Assembly: GCA_963737155.1 (NCBI GenBank)
Contig: CAVTRN010000001.1
Span: 1,568,001-1,632,000 of the forward strand
Direction of reading: 5' to 3'
Length of the DNA stretch: 64,000 bases
Origin: Nitrospirota bacterium
GTDB taxonomy: Bacteria; Nitrospirota; UBA9217
Position 1 is the first letter of the stretch; every line of letters starts with the position of its first letter. Shown one piece after another: positions 40,495 through 51,394 of this stretch. Under the pieces are notes generated by a model that worked only from the letters and a program-made list of their open reading frames with translations, ran no database searches and was not told the origin of the DNA. Made by a program: the position numbers and the translations under genes.

Positions 40495-43188
40495 TCAGTT
40501 TTGCTCCTCTTCCATGTTCGTCGCTGGAGGAAGGCCCACTGCCGGCAGAGTGAACCGGAATACAGCGCCACCACCTTCACGGTTCTCGGCCCATATTTTG
40601 CCGCCATGGGCATTGATGATGGTGCGGCAAATGGCGAGTCCCAGTCCGACGCCGCCGCTTGTGCTGCGGCCTCGAACGAATTTATCGAAGATGTGTTCCT
40701 CCTCTCCCGGGGGAATTCCCTGTCCCCGGTCAGCAAGTTCGACGGTTACTGTATAAAAGGATTCAGATGCCGAAAGCTCGAGCGGCGTCCCTGGGGGAGA
40801 ATATTTAATGGCATTGTCAAATAGGTTCATGAAAACCTGCTCAAGGAGCAGACTGTCAAAGGGAATGAGAGGCAGGTTTCCCTGGAGATTCACCGTCACA
40901 GGATGATCATTTAGTCGTTCTCCGAGTCGGTTCAAGACGGCACCCACGATCTCCTCAAGGGGCTGCCACTCCTTATTCAAATTGATCGCGCCTGATTCGA
41001 GGCGGGTCATGTCGAGAACATTCTTTATGATCCGGTTCAGATGCTCAGCCTCCTCCTGAATGGTCTGCAGCAATTCCGCGCGGGTATTTCTGTCGAAGGC
41101 AATGTCCTTCTGTAGCAGCGTTGTTGCGGCCCCCGTGATTGCTGAAAGGGGTGTTCGCAGATCATGAGATATGGAACTGAGCAGGGTATTACGGAGACTC
41201 TCCGTTTCCGCCTTCAAAAGGGCCCGTTGCGCCGCCTCGCCCAAGAACGACCGTTCGATCCCAATGGCTGTCTGGTTCGCAAAGGCCTCGAGATAGTGGA
41301 ACTGTTCAGGTTCAAAACCATCGCCCGTGTTTTTTGGCAGAATGCCGATCACGCCTATTGCACCGGATGATGCGACGAGAGGCAGATACAACGCTTTGGC
41401 GCCAGGGAGCGTGTCCGTGCCGACCCCGGCCGGCTGACGATGTTCGAATACCCACTGGGCGACACTGATTTCCTGTTGGTCCGGCGTAAACGAAGAGGTG
41501 CCGCTAATCGCCGGCACCAGATGGTTCTGATCGTTGGGAATAAGGATAGTGACTTGGCTGTCGAACACCTCGCTGATGTGCTTTATGGAGATTTCGGAGA
41601 GCCGGACTGTACCCCGCTCCCGGACTAGGTCGCGGCTCAGTTTGTAGAGCGCCGCGGTTCTACGTTCGCGCAATCGAGCGGATTCGGCCTGCTGTCTGAC
41701 CCGTATCGTCAATCGGCTAATGACCAGGGAGACTAAAAACATTACGGCGAACGTGAGGAAAAACCGGACATTGCTGACAGTGAAGCTATAATAAGGCGGA
41801 ACGAAGAAAAAATCGAACGCGGCGATGCTCAGAATGGCGGCGAACAAGGAGGGCCATTTGCTTGCACGGATCGAGGTAATAACGACGCTGAGCAGATACA
41901 GCATTGCGATGTCCAACTGCTCGAAATAAGGGACCAGGAGTTTGGCGAGTCCCGTACAGGCCGCAACCGTCAAAATGCTCCATGCCCATTCCCGTTTGCG
42001 CCAGGTACGGGGACGGCCCGTCTGAGCGGGGTGCATGTGTGGTTCTGAGACGTCGCCCGAAATCACATATACATCGATGTCACCGCTTCCCCTCACGATC
42101 TCATCAAGCGGCGAACCGAAAAGCTTGTCCTTCCACCGGGGATGAGTCGGTTTCCCAATGATGATTTTGCTTACATTCCGGCTGCGCGCATACGTAAGGA
42201 TCTCATCGCTCATTCGCTGGCCGGAGAGCGTCACGGTCTCCGCGCCTAGGCTCTCGGCGAGCCGCATATGGTCAGTAAGCTGTCTGAGATCCTGCTCCGA
42301 GGGTCTTACCTTCGAAGGGGCCTCAACGTACACGGCGATCCATTCCGTGCGAAGCACTGCGGCAAGCCGTCGGGCGGCATGGATCAGCCGGATCGAACGC
42401 GGGTTCGCGCCTATACATACCATGATCCTCTCGCCTGCCGGCCATATGTTTGTGATCCCTTTGTCCTGCCTGTAGACCTGCATCTGCTCATCCACGCGGT
42501 CGGCGGTCCGGCGGAGGGCAAGTTCCCGAAGAGCTATCAGGTTTCCCTTCCGGAAAAAGTTTTTGATAGCTGCAGCAGCCTGCTCCGCCATGTATACTTT
42601 GCCGTCCTTCATGCGTTGGAGCAGATCATCGGGTGGCAGATCGATTAGTTCGATTTCATCGGCGCGGTCGAGCAGGAAATCGGGGACCGTTTCGCGAACG
42701 GTGATTCCTGTGATCTGGGCAACCACGTCATTGAGGCTTTCGAGGTGCTGCACGTTCATCGTGGTGTAGACGGCAATACCGGCGCCAAGCAGTTCATAGA
42801 TATCCTGCCAGCGTTTCTTGTGCCGTGATCCCGGAGCATTGGTATGGGCGAGTTCATCAACGAGAATAACGGCGGGTTTGCGGCGGAGGACAGCGTCGAT
42901 ATCGAATTCCTTGAGGACTGTGCCGCGATATTCGACGTTCCGACGGGGCAGAATTTCCAATCCTTTGAGGAGCACTTCGGTCTCTTGGCGGTTGTGAGTC
43001 TCGGCAAGACCGACGACGATATCGACACCCTCTGAAAGTTTCTGTCGCGCGGCTTCAAGCATGGCATAGGTCTTGCCGACACCTGGCGCTGCGCCGAAAA
43101 ATATCTTCAGCTGTCCTTCGCGCTTCCGCTCTTCCTCTGCGCGGGCACGCTGGAGAAGCTGGTCGGGATCCGGTCTACGTTCTTCCAT
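40495..43188 (-). CDS. kdpD: Sensor histidine kinase KdpD
   Basis: GAAPGVGKTYAML, DELAHTN, USP domain, 4 TM segments, GAF region and SHDLRTPL. Confidence 0.98.
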   Translation of the reverse strand: MEERRPDPDQLLQRARAEEERKREGQLKIFFGAAPGVGKTYAMLEAARQKLSEGVDIVVGLAETHNRQETEVLLKGLEILPRRNVEYRGTVLKEFDIDAVLRRKPAVILVDELAHTNAPGSRHKKRWQDIYELLGAGIAVYTTMNVQHLESLNDVVAQITGITVRETVPDFLLDRADEIELIDLPPDDLLQRMKDGKVYMAEQAAAAIKNFFRKGNLIALRELALRRTADRVDEQMQVYRQDKGITNIWPAGERIMVCIGANPRSIRLIHAARRLAAVLRTEWIAVYVEAPSKVRPSEQDLRQLTDHMRLAESLGAETVTLSGQRMSDEILTYARSRNVSKIIIGKPTHPRWKDKLFGSPLDEIVRGSGDIDVYVISGDVSEPHMHPAQTGRPRTWRKREWAWSILTVAACTGLAKLLVPYFEQLDIAMLYLLSVVITSIRASKWPSLFAAILSIAAFDFFFVPPYYSFTVSNVRFFLTFAVMFLVSLVISRLTIRVRQQAESARLRERRTAALYKLSRDLVRERGTVRLSEISIKHISEVFDSQVTILIPNDQNHLVPAISGTSSFTPDQQEISVAQWVFEHRQPAGVGTDTLPGAKALYLPLVASSGAIGVIGILPKNTGDGFEPEQFHYLEAFANQTAIGIERSFLGEAAQRALLKAETESLRNTLLSSISHDLRTPLSAITGAATTLLQKDIAFDRNTRAELLQTIQEEAEHLNRIIKNVLDMTRLESGAINLNKEWQPLEEIVGAVLNRLGERLNDHPVTVNLQGNLPLIPFDSLLLEQVFMNLFDNAIKYSPPGTPLELSASESFYTVTVELADRGQGIPPGEEEHIFDKFVRGRSTSGGVGLGLAICRTIINAHGGKIWAENREGGGAVFRFTLPAVGLPPATNMEEEQN

Positions 43189-43300
43189 AAATTAGTAAGC
43201 TCTTAAGAATGGACAGTGACAACCTTTATCAACTCTATTTTCCCACATTTTTTGCATCCTGTGCAAATTTTTTATAATAAATGAACTGGAACAAAATTGC

Positions 43301-43327
43301 CGTAAAAAAGTGTTAAAGTGCATTAAA
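43301..43327 (-). promoter_or_regulatory. Putative KdpE-type direct-repeat site upstream of kdpD
   Basis: Minus strand TTTAATGCACTTTAACACTTTTTTACG resembles the E. coli KdpE box TTTATACTTTTTTTACA. Confidence 0.45.
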
Positions 43328-43332
43328 ATTAT

Positions 43333-43830
43333 TTAAAGTTGGAAAATTGTCGAACTAAGTGAGGATTTGCCTGCGTTAAATGAGAATGGGCAGGATAAAT
43401 TGTTTTCCGTTAAGCAAGGGCAGGAGGTCTGGATGGTTCCCCTATTTGACTTTTTCCCCGATGATACTATCAAGCTTGCGACATCACCTTTTTTTGCGGT
43501 GTCGTCGGCGTTCAACTCCCCTTTGACCACATCACCTTTGCTATGATCCGCTGCGATATACGATAGCGCACTGATTTTCCCTTCCACGAGTTTATGTGAC
43601 CTAGTTTCGCGACATCTCGGGAGGACATCATTCAAGGACATCGCTTTCCTCACATCTGTTGTATCGCTCTGGACCAGGCAAACAATGTCCCCTGTCTCCA
43701 TGATTCCCCCGGCAGCCATCTCTGCACTCTCCGCTTGAATAGGGGAAAAGATGATACTGTTTGCCTTCAATGGGAAGACTCATGATGCCAAGAGATATAC
43801 GATGATTAAAATCCGTGCGACTATTTTCAT
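43333..43830 (-). pseudogene. Exported protein between kdpC and kdpD with an in-frame TGA at codon 17
   Basis: ATG at 43830, 4 nt after the kdpC stop, gives MKIVARILIIVYLLAS*VFPLKANSII..., in frame with ORF 43333-43770. Confidence 0.65.
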
Positions 43831-43834
43831 GGTT

Positions 43835-44404
43835 CTATTGCCCATCAAGCGCCAGATTCAGTTCGAGGACATTGACCACAGGTTCGCCGACTACGCCGAT
43901 CCAGCGTCCATTCGTGTGCTCTTCTATCAGGGCGCGGATCTTGGATTCATCGATACCACGGTTTTTCGCTATCCGATGCAATTGGTACTCGGCTGCAGCA
44001 GGGCTTATGTGCGGGTCGAGGCCGCTGCCCGAAGCGGTAACTAGATCCACCGGGATCTTTGCCTCGTAGCCTGGATCTGCTGACTGCAAGGCTTGAATCC
44101 GCGCTTGCACTGCCTTCATGAGGTCAGGATTGTTCGGGCCGAGATTAGACCCTGATGACGACCCGCCGTTAAAAGGGTAGGGGGTTGTTGCGGAAAGTCT
44201 TCCCCAAAAATATTTGGAGTTCTCGAACTGTTGGCCGAGAAGCGAAGAGCCAACCGGTTTTCCATTCTTTGTAATGATGCTGCCGTTTGCCTGGCCCGGG
44301 AAAATAACTTGCGCCAGTCCGGTCACGGCAAGGGGATAAATCAGCCCCGTGATTATTGTGAACAACAGAAGGGACATGAGCGAGTTGCGAATCATGGTTA
44401 ACAT
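43835..44404 (-). CDS. kdpC: K+-transporting ATPase subunit C
   Basis: QANGS, YFWGRLS, TASGSGLDPHIS and VNVLELNLALD motifs. Confidence 0.98.
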   Translation of the reverse strand: MLTMIRNSLMSLLLFTIITGLIYPLAVTGLAQVIFPGQANGSIITKNGKPVGSSLLGQQFENSKYFWGRLSATTPYPFNGGSSSGSNLGPNNPDLMKAVQARIQALQSADPGYEAKIPVDLVTASGSGLDPHISPAAAEYQLHRIAKNRGIDESKIRALIEEHTNGRWIGVVGEPVVNVLELNLALDGQ

Positions 44405-44417
44405 GGTTTCCTCCGTC

Positions 44418-46493
44418 TTAAACAATATGCAAAGCCGTTATAAGTAAATCGATCAGTTTAATACCTATGAACGGAACGATCAGCCCGCCGACACCATATA
44501 TAAGAGTGTTATTTCGTAAGACTACCGACGCACCGAGGGGGCGATATTTCACTCCTCGAAGGGCCAAGGGAACCAGAAAAATAATAACCAGGGCGTTAAA
44601 AATTACGGCAGACAACACAGCACTCTGTGGCGTTGCAAGGCCCATGATATTGAGAGCCCTGAGCGCTGGATAAATGGAGATGAACGCCGCAGGGAGAATG
44701 GCGAAATATTTCGCCACGTCATTCGCTATGCTGAAGGTGGTGAGTGTGCCGCGGGTCATGAGCAATTGCTTCCCGATCTCGACAATCTGAATGAGCTTCG
44801 TCGGGTTGGAATCGAGGTCCACCAGGTTGCCTGCCTCCTTTGCGGCTTGGGTCCCGCTGTGCATGGCCACCGCAACGTCAGCCTGAGCAAGGGCCGGTGC
44901 GTCGTTTGTTCCGTCGCCGGTCATGGCTACCAGCCTTCCGCCCTTCTGATATTCACGGATCAATTTGAGCTTGGTCTCCGGCGTTGCCTGGGCCAGGAAA
45001 TCGTCGACGCCTGCCTCGGCCGCAACTGCCGCCGCGGTGAGTGGGTTATCGCCGGTGATCATGACGGTTCTGATACCCATTTTACGCATATCAGCGAATC
45101 GTTCCTTAATGCCGCCTTTCACAATATCGTTCAGCCGTATGACGCCGAGCACCTTTGGACCTTCGGCTACTACGAGCGGTGTGGCTCCCTGCTTTGCGAT
45201 GTCATCCACGATCGACCGAACATCGACAGGAAACATACCACCTTTTTGTTTGACATACTGTTCCACGGCGTCGACCGCGCCCTTGCGCACTTCCCGGGGG
45301 CCGAGGTTTACGCCGCTCATCCTGGTTTGGGCAGTGAAGGGCACAAAAACTGCGCCGATGCTATGAAGGTCCCTCGCTCGAAGTGTGTATTTCTCTTTCG
45401 CCAGGACGACGATGCTTCTTCCTTCCGGCGTTTCATCGGCAAGAGAGGCAAGTTGTGCCGCGTCCGCAAGCGTTGAAACATGTACCCCTGGAGCTGGAAT
45501 AAACTCCGTTGCTTGGCGGTTTCCAAGCGTGATTGTGCCGGTCTTGTCCAGGAGTAAAACGTCAACATCTCCGGCCGCTTCTACGGCGCGGCCTGACATG
45601 GCGATCACATTGGCTTGAATCATCCGGTCCATGCCCGCGATGCCAATTGCCGCGAGCAGGCCACCGATGGTAGTTGGGATGAGGCAGACCAGAAGCGCCA
45701 CCAAAACGGTGATGGTCACAGGGCTCCCCTGGCCCGCGGCGTTAACGCTGAAAATGGAGTAGGGAAGCAGCGTGACGGTTACGAGCAGAAAAATGATCGT
45801 CATTCCCGCAAGTAAAATGTCGAGAGCTATCTCGTTCGGAGTTTTTTGGCGTTTTGCACCCTCGACCATGCTGATCATTCGATCGAGGAATGTCTCGCCC
45901 GGACTCGATGTAATCCGCACAACGAGCCAGTCGGATAGGACCATGGTTCCGCCCGTTACCGCGCTCCGGTCCCCGCCGCTTTCACGGATGACCGGTGCGC
46001 TTTCTCCAGTCACGGCGCTTTCATTTACCGATGCCACACCCTCGATTACTTCGCCGTCCATGGGGACGATATCGCCTGCTTCCACCAAGACGATGTCTCC
46101 TTTTTTGAGTTGCGAGGAAGACACCGGACTAACTTCTGATTTAAGTTCAGGATTGGCAATTTGTTTGGCCATGACATCGCGCCGCGTTTGGCGAAGCGCT
46201 GAGGCCTGTGCCTTACCCCTGCCCTCTGCCATGGATTCGGCGAAATTGGAGAAAAGCACCGTTATCCAGAGCCAGATGGATATTTGCAGAATGAATCCAG
46301 GCGATGCCTCGCCCTTGCCGGTAAGGACGGCATGAAAGAACAGAAGCGTCGTAAGAATGCTCCCCACCTCCACGACGAACATGACAGGGTTCTTGATCTG
46401 GTAGACGGGATTGAGTTTTTTTATCGAATCCCACATCGCCTGTTTGAGGATTGTTGGTTCGAAGAGAGATTTCTTTTTAGACTTGCTACTCAT
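44418..46493 (-). CDS. kdpB: K+-transporting ATPase subunit B
   Basis: [19 protein letters not shown] and CLIPTTIG motifs. Confidence 0.99.
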   Translation of the reverse strand: MSSKSKKKSLFEPTILKQAMWDSIKKLNPVYQIKNPVMFVVEVGSILTTLLFFHAVLTGKGEASPGFILQISIWLWITVLFSNFAESMAEGRGKAQASALRQTRRDVMAKQIANPELKSEVSPVSSSQLKKGDIVLVEAGDIVPMDGEVIEGVASVNESAVTGESAPVIRESGGDRSAVTGGTMVLSDWLVVRITSSPGETFLDRMISMVEGAKRQKTPNEIALDILLAGMTIIFLLVTVTLLPYSIFSVNAAGQGSPVTITVLVALLVCLIPTTIGGLLAAIGIAGMDRMIQANVIAMSGRAVEAAGDVDVLLLDKTGTITLGNRQATEFIPAPGVHVSTLADAAQLASLADETPEGRSIVVLAKEKYTLRARDLHSIGAVFVPFTAQTRMSGVNLGPREVRKGAVDAVEQYVKQKGGMFPVDVRSIVDDIAKQGATPLVVAEGPKVLGVIRLNDIVKGGIKERFADMRKMGIRTVMITGDNPLTAAAVAAEAGVDDFLAQATPETKLKLIREYQKGGRLVAMTGDGTNDAPALAQADVAVAMHSGTQAAKEAGNLVDLDSNPTKLIQIVEIGKQLLMTRGTLTTFSIANDVAKYFAILPAAFISIYPALRALNIMGLATPQSAVLSAVIFNALVIIFLVPLALRGVKYRPLGASVVLRNNTLIYGVGGLIVPFIGIKLIDLLITALHIV

Positions 46494-46519
46494 TGTCACT
46501 CCTCCTGTAATGATTCCTG

Positions 46520-48322
46520 CTAACGCGCAGCCATCAACTTTTCGGCGATCGGTCCGAGGGCCCAGGCTGGCATGAACGTCAGAGCGCCTACGATCACGAT
46601 GACTCCGATTAGGAGCGCCACGAACAGGGGCGTATGAGTTGGTAGCGTGCCTAAGCTTGCCGGTACCTGTTTCTTCTTTGCCAGAGATCCCGCAATGGCT
46701 AGCACTGGTATGATCACCCAGAACCGGCCGAGGAACATGGAAATGCCGAGAGCGGTATTATAGAAAACGGTGTTTGCGTTTAAACCCGCAAAGGCGCTGC
46801 CGTTGTTGTTCGCGGCTGACGAGAAGGCATAGAGAATCTCTGAAAATCCGTGTGGCCCAGGGTTTGCGACTCCCGCAACTCCCGCTTTTGTCGTAACCCC
46901 GACAGCCGTTCCGATTTTGACCAAGGCATTAACAATGAGCACCACGAGCGCGGCCATCTTCATCTCGAACATCTCAATCTTTTTGCCCATATACTCAGGT
47001 GTGCGGCCGACCATAAGGCCTGCTATGAAAACCGTAATGATGGCCATGATCAGCATGCCGTAGAGCCCGGAGCCCACACCACCAAAAATGACCTCCCCTA
47101 GTTCGATAAGCGCCAGCGGGTAAAGGCCGCCCATTGGGGTGTAGGAGTCATGCATGGAATTGACCGAGCCGTTCGAGGCTGCCGTGGTCGCTGTGGCCCA
47201 GATCGTGGAATTCACGATCCCGAAACGGGCCTCCTTGCCTTCCATGTTGCCACCGGGCTGGAGATTGCTTGCCTGCTGATCTATGCCGAGCGAAGGAAAG
47301 CGTGGATTGCCGCCCTGTTCGCTCCATGTGCATAAGAACGTCAGCGTTACGAGCACAATGGTCATTGCGGTGAGGAGCGACCACCCCTGTTTCATATCCC
47401 CCACTATTTTGCCGAAGGTAATGCAGAGAGCGGCTGGTATCAGCAAAATAGCTAGTACCTCCAGAAAATTGGAGAATGCTGTTGGGTTCTCAAAGGGATG
47501 GGCTGAATTCACGTTGAAGAATCCGCCGCCGTTTGTGCCGAGCTGCTTTATGGCGACCTGAGAAGCAACAGGTCCAAGTGGTATGATCTGCTCCTTCATT
47601 TCCGCTTTCTCGGTCACGGGGTTGCCCTTTTCATCCTTCACCGGGTTGCCCTGGGCATCGAGCTTCGGGTTATCATAGGTGATGGTCTGAGTAAGTGTCA
47701 CATTCTTATTCGCGCTGAAGTTCTGCACAACTCCCTGCGAAACGAGCAGCAGCGAATAGATCAGCGAAAGCGGAATCAGGATATATAGCGTAGAACGGGT
47801 GAGATCGACCCAGAAGTTTCCGATGGTTTCCGCAGAGTGCCTTTTGAACCCACGGATCAATGCAACAAGCACGGCCATGCCTGCTGCTGCTGACAGGAAA
47901 TTCTGTACTCCCAGTCCGACCATCTGGGTGAGGTAGCTCATCGTTGTTTCGCCGCTGTACCCCTGCCAGTTGGTGTTTGTGATAAAGCTGACGGCAGTAT
48001 TAAAAGAAGAATCAGGGGAGACGGACAGGAACTTCTGTGGATTCAGCGGCAGTATTCCCTGTAGGCGTTGTAGGAGATAGAGGAAGAGCAATCCTGTAGC
48101 GCTGAAAACCAGCACAGCTCCGGTGTACTTTTTCCATCCCATCTCTTCCTCCGGCTTAATGCCGCATAGCCGGTAGAAAAGGCGTTCAACAGGGCTGAGC
48201 ACGCGGTCTAGGCCGGAAGGCTGTCCTTCGTAAACCCGCGCCATGTAGACCCCGAGAGGTTTTGCGAGAAGCAACAAAACGCCAAAATATAAAATTATTT
48301 GCACAATATCATTGCCAGTCAT
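46520..48322 (-). CDS. kdpA: K+-transporting ATPase subunit A
   Basis: TNTNWQ, GTNGGG, SNGS and NNGSAF selectivity-filter motifs. Confidence 0.99.
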   Translation of the reverse strand: MTGNDIVQIILYFGVLLLLAKPLGVYMARVYEGQPSGLDRVLSPVERLFYRLCGIKPEEEMGWKKYTGAVLVFSATGLLFLYLLQRLQGILPLNPQKFLSVSPDSSFNTAVSFITNTNWQGYSGETTMSYLTQMVGLGVQNFLSAAAGMAVLVALIRGFKRHSAETIGNFWVDLTRSTLYILIPLSLIYSLLLVSQGVVQNFSANKNVTLTQTITYDNPKLDAQGNPVKDEKGNPVTEKAEMKEQIIPLGPVASQVAIKQLGTNGGGFFNVNSAHPFENPTAFSNFLEVLAILLIPAALCITFGKIVGDMKQGWSLLTAMTIVLVTLTFLCTWSEQGGNPRFPSLGIDQQASNLQPGGNMEGKEARFGIVNSTIWATATTAASNGSVNSMHDSYTPMGGLYPLALIELGEVIFGGVGSGLYGMLIMAIITVFIAGLMVGRTPEYMGKKIEMFEMKMAALVVLIVNALVKIGTAVGVTTKAGVAGVANPGPHGFSEILYAFSSAANNNGSAFAGLNANTVFYNTALGISMFLGRFWVIIPVLAIAGSLAKKKQVPASLGTLPTHTPLFVALLIGVIVIVGALTFMPAWALGPIAEKLMAAR

Positions 48323-48411
48323 GAGAATGTCTCCGGTTTAAGAAGTGCTATCATGAGATATATTAACAAACCTACGGCGACTAGGCCGCCTATCCAATAG
48401 AATAATTCCAT
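48319..48411 (-). CDS. kdpF: K+-transporting ATPase subunit F (30 aa)
   Basis: [30 protein letters not shown]; YL..ALL.PE.F motif; ATGA overlap with kdpA; GGAGG RBS. Confidence 0.92.
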   Translation of the reverse strand: MELFYWIGGLVAVGLLIYLMIALLKPETFS

Positions 48412-48421
48412 AGTGATCCTC

Positions 48422-48502
48422 CTAGACTCGTTCAATGAGCTTCATGAGCAGCCAGCTGAATGCGAATAACGCTATACAGATCCCAAGATAGACAATGTCC
48501 AT
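48422..48502 (-). CDS. Small membrane peptide upstream of kdpF (26 aa)
   Basis: MDIVYLGICIALFAFSWLLMKLIERV; AAAAGGAGGT RBS; its stop overlaps the kdpF RBS. Confidence 0.8.
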   Translation of the reverse strand: MDIVYLGICIALFAFSWLLMKLIERV

Positions 48503-48570
48503 CGGCTACCTCCTTTTTCATGACCAATTTATATCACAATAGATAATTAATATGCTATTAAGATTCATCG

Positions 48571-48596
48571 AAAAAGAATAAAAATAGTATAAATGC
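48571..48596 (-). promoter_or_regulatory. Putative KdpE binding site
   Basis: Minus strand CATTTATACTATTTTTATTCTTTTT, close to the E. coli KdpE box, upstream of the kdp operon. Confidence 0.6.
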
Positions 48597-48737
48597 TTTT
48601 CCTGGGTTCTCGTGGGGCATAAGTTCTCAACCATTCAATATTTAATTGTATATTAGCTTATTTTGTGATGCAATACTTACAATATAATTTAAAAATAATA
48701 GCTAACTATCAGTAAACTAACAACTTGAGGTCATGAA

Positions 48738-48857
48738 CTTGCTATTCCACGCAGCTTGCTGCGTGGTCACCTTATAGAGGGAAGAGTAAGAGAAACCGTA
48801 GGTTTCTTAGTTGAAATCTTTCCTTTATACCCCGTCAGCTTGCTGCGGGGTATTGAT
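48738..48857 (+). mobile_element. Palindromic mini-element family B, best-preserved copy
   Basis: TGAA|CTTGCTATT-CCACGCAGCTTGCTGCGTGG ... TATA-CCCCGTCAGCTTGCTGCGGGG-TATTGAT; homologous to 34459 and 11957. Confidence 0.78.
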
Positions 48858-49349
48858 TCAGAGGCATGAGCCTGAAGTTAACGGATCGGCGTGAACCTGT
48901 TCAGTTGCTGTCCCAGTACATGGAAACAAAAATACTATATTTTCAGAAACAGCGCCTAACAGCGTTTTGCGAGAACAAGAGGCCTGCAAACCTATCTTCC
49001 GCAGTTACCCAACGGATGTTTTATAATTCAAGCAGTCAGCTTTTTTAAAAAGTCAGATTCTGAACAAAATCTTGGACTTTTATTGGCCTTATGAAGTAGC
49101 GACAGCTTGAGCCTCTGAAGGAGAAGTGCACAGTCTTGTGCGATTCGCTCGCGATGCGCAACCTGATCGTTATATTCCCCGTTGGCAACAACGCGTTCAG
49201 TGATCTTTTTTCTGAGAGTTCCTCGGTGCAGCAGGATAAGCCCCCTCGGTTGCTTTCAGCGGGTGCAATTTCCGCCTGGAATGCGTTTATAGCAGCTCAA
49301 AGTGAACTAAATTTGTGATAATTGACAAAAAATAGGCTAAGGTTGACTG

Positions 49350-49385
49350 AAAAAAAACCGGAACCCTGAAAAAAGGGTTCCGGTT
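49350..49385 (-). terminator. Intrinsic terminator after glnA
   Basis: AACCGGAACCCT..AGGGTTCCGGTT hairpin followed by a long T-run on the minus strand. Confidence 0.85.
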
Positions 49386-49409
49386 GTGCTGGTTCCTATA
49401 CATGATCTC

Positions 49410-50825
49410 TCAGATGTCATAGTAGAGGAAGAATTCATAGGGATGGGGCCGAAGACGGAGGGCATCCACTTCTTTGGTCCTCTTATACTCAATCCACATC
49501 TCGATGGCGTCCTTAGTGAACACGTCACCCTTCATTAGGAAAGCGTGATCCGCTTCGAGGTTGTTGAGCGCCTCGTCGAGCGAACCGGGCATGGACGGCA
49601 CATTGGCTAGTTCTTCGGGCGCCATATCGTAGATATCCTTGTCCAGCGGCTGGCCCGGATCGATCTTGTTTTCGATGCCGTCCAGACCGGCCATGAGCAT
49701 GGCAGCGAAAGCGAGATAGGGGTTGCAGGAAGGATCAGGGAACCTTACTTCGATACGTTTTGCTTTGGGGCTCGGGCTGTACATCGGGATGCGAACGGAA
49801 GCGGAACGGTTCCGGCTGGAGTAAGCCAGGTTTACCGGCGCTTCGAATCCTGGCGTCAGGCGCTTGTAGGAGTTCGTCGTAGGGTTCGTGAAAGCCGCGA
49901 TTACTTTTGCGTGCTTCAGAATGCCGCCGATATAATAGAGCGCAAGCTGGGACATTCCAGCATATTGGTCGCCGGCGAAAAGGGGCTTGCCACCCTTCCA
50001 GATGGACTGGTGGGTGTGCATGCCTGAGCCGTTGTCGCCGAAGAGCGGTTTGGGCATGAAAGTCACAGTTTTGTTGTGTCTCTTCGCCACGTTCTTAATA
50101 ATGTACTTGAAATACATGAGATGGTCTGCCATTTTGACCAGTGGGCTGAAGCGCATGTCGATCTCGGCCTGGCCTGCGGTTGCAACTTCGTGGTGCTGTT
50201 TTTCTACATAGATCCCGACCTTTTGCATTTCCTCAACCATCTCGGTGCGGATATCTTCCTGGCTATCGATCGGAGGCACTGGGAAGTAGCCCTCCTTATG
50301 GCGGGGCTTATAGCCCAGATTTGGATTTTCAACGCGGCCACTGTTCCAGATACCTTCCACGCTGTCAATGTGATAGTAGCCCTCGTGGGAATTCTGGTCG
50401 AAGCGGACATCATCGAAGATGAAGAATTCAGGTTCAGGACCCATGTAACTTGTGTCACCGATGCCGGTAGATTTCAGATAGGCTTCCGCCTTCTGTGCGA
50501 TATGGCGCGGGTCACGGCTATAGCGCTCCTTGGTGATGGGGTCTACGATGTTGCAGATAAGCGAGAGCGTGGGGTACTTGGTAAAAGGATCCATCACCGC
50601 AGTTTCCGCATCCGGGACCACGAGCATGTCGCTCGCATGGATGGCCTGCCAACCGCGGATACTTGAGCCATCGAACCCGAGCCCGTCTTCAAAAACGGCC
50701 TCGGTAAGTTCGGCAAGCGGCGCAGAGAAGTGCTGCCACAGCCCTGGGTAGTCCATGAATTTGAAGTCCACCATCATTGCCTTGTTTTCTTTTGCCAGCT
50801 TCAATACATCGTTGGGTGTCATCAT
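49410..50825 (-). CDS. glnA: Glutamine synthetase type I
   Basis: [32 protein letters not shown] and IEVRFPD motifs. Confidence 0.99.
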   Translation of the reverse strand: MMTPNDVLKLAKENKAMMVDFKFMDYPGLWQHFSAPLAELTEAVFEDGLGFDGSSIRGWQAIHASDMLVVPDAETAVMDPFTKYPTLSLICNIVDPITKERYSRDPRHIAQKAEAYLKSTGIGDTSYMGPEPEFFIFDDVRFDQNSHEGYYHIDSVEGIWNSGRVENPNLGYKPRHKEGYFPVPPIDSQEDIRTEMVEEMQKVGIYVEKQHHEVATAGQAEIDMRFSPLVKMADHLMYFKYIIKNVAKRHNKTVTFMPKPLFGDNGSGMHTHQSIWKGGKPLFAGDQYAGMSQLALYYIGGILKHAKVIAAFTNPTTNSYKRLTPGFEAPVNLAYSSRNRSASVRIPMYSPSPKAKRIEVRFPDPSCNPYLAFAAMLMAGLDGIENKIDPGQPLDKDIYDMAPEELANVPSMPGSLDEALNNLEADHAFLMKGDVFTKDAIEMWIEYKRTKEVDALRLRPHPYEFFLYYDI

Positions 50826-50918
50826 GTTCCTCCTCTATTATAATTTAGTTCTTAGTTTTGAGTTATAAGCCTTTGTCTCTGAACTGTAAACTCACGACTC
50901 AACACTCTCCGTTCGTTT

Positions 50919-51391
<473 letters not shown>

Positions 51392-51394
51392 AAA

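Noticed and set aside
43780-43782. In-frame TGA as selenocysteine in the kdp-linked gene
   Set aside because: It lies in a hydrophobic signal-peptide context with no redox motif; a nonsense mutation is simpler
48866-49330. Short ORFs between the kdp promoter region and the glnA terminator
   Set aside because: No recognisable motifs or RBS support; possibly decayed sequence
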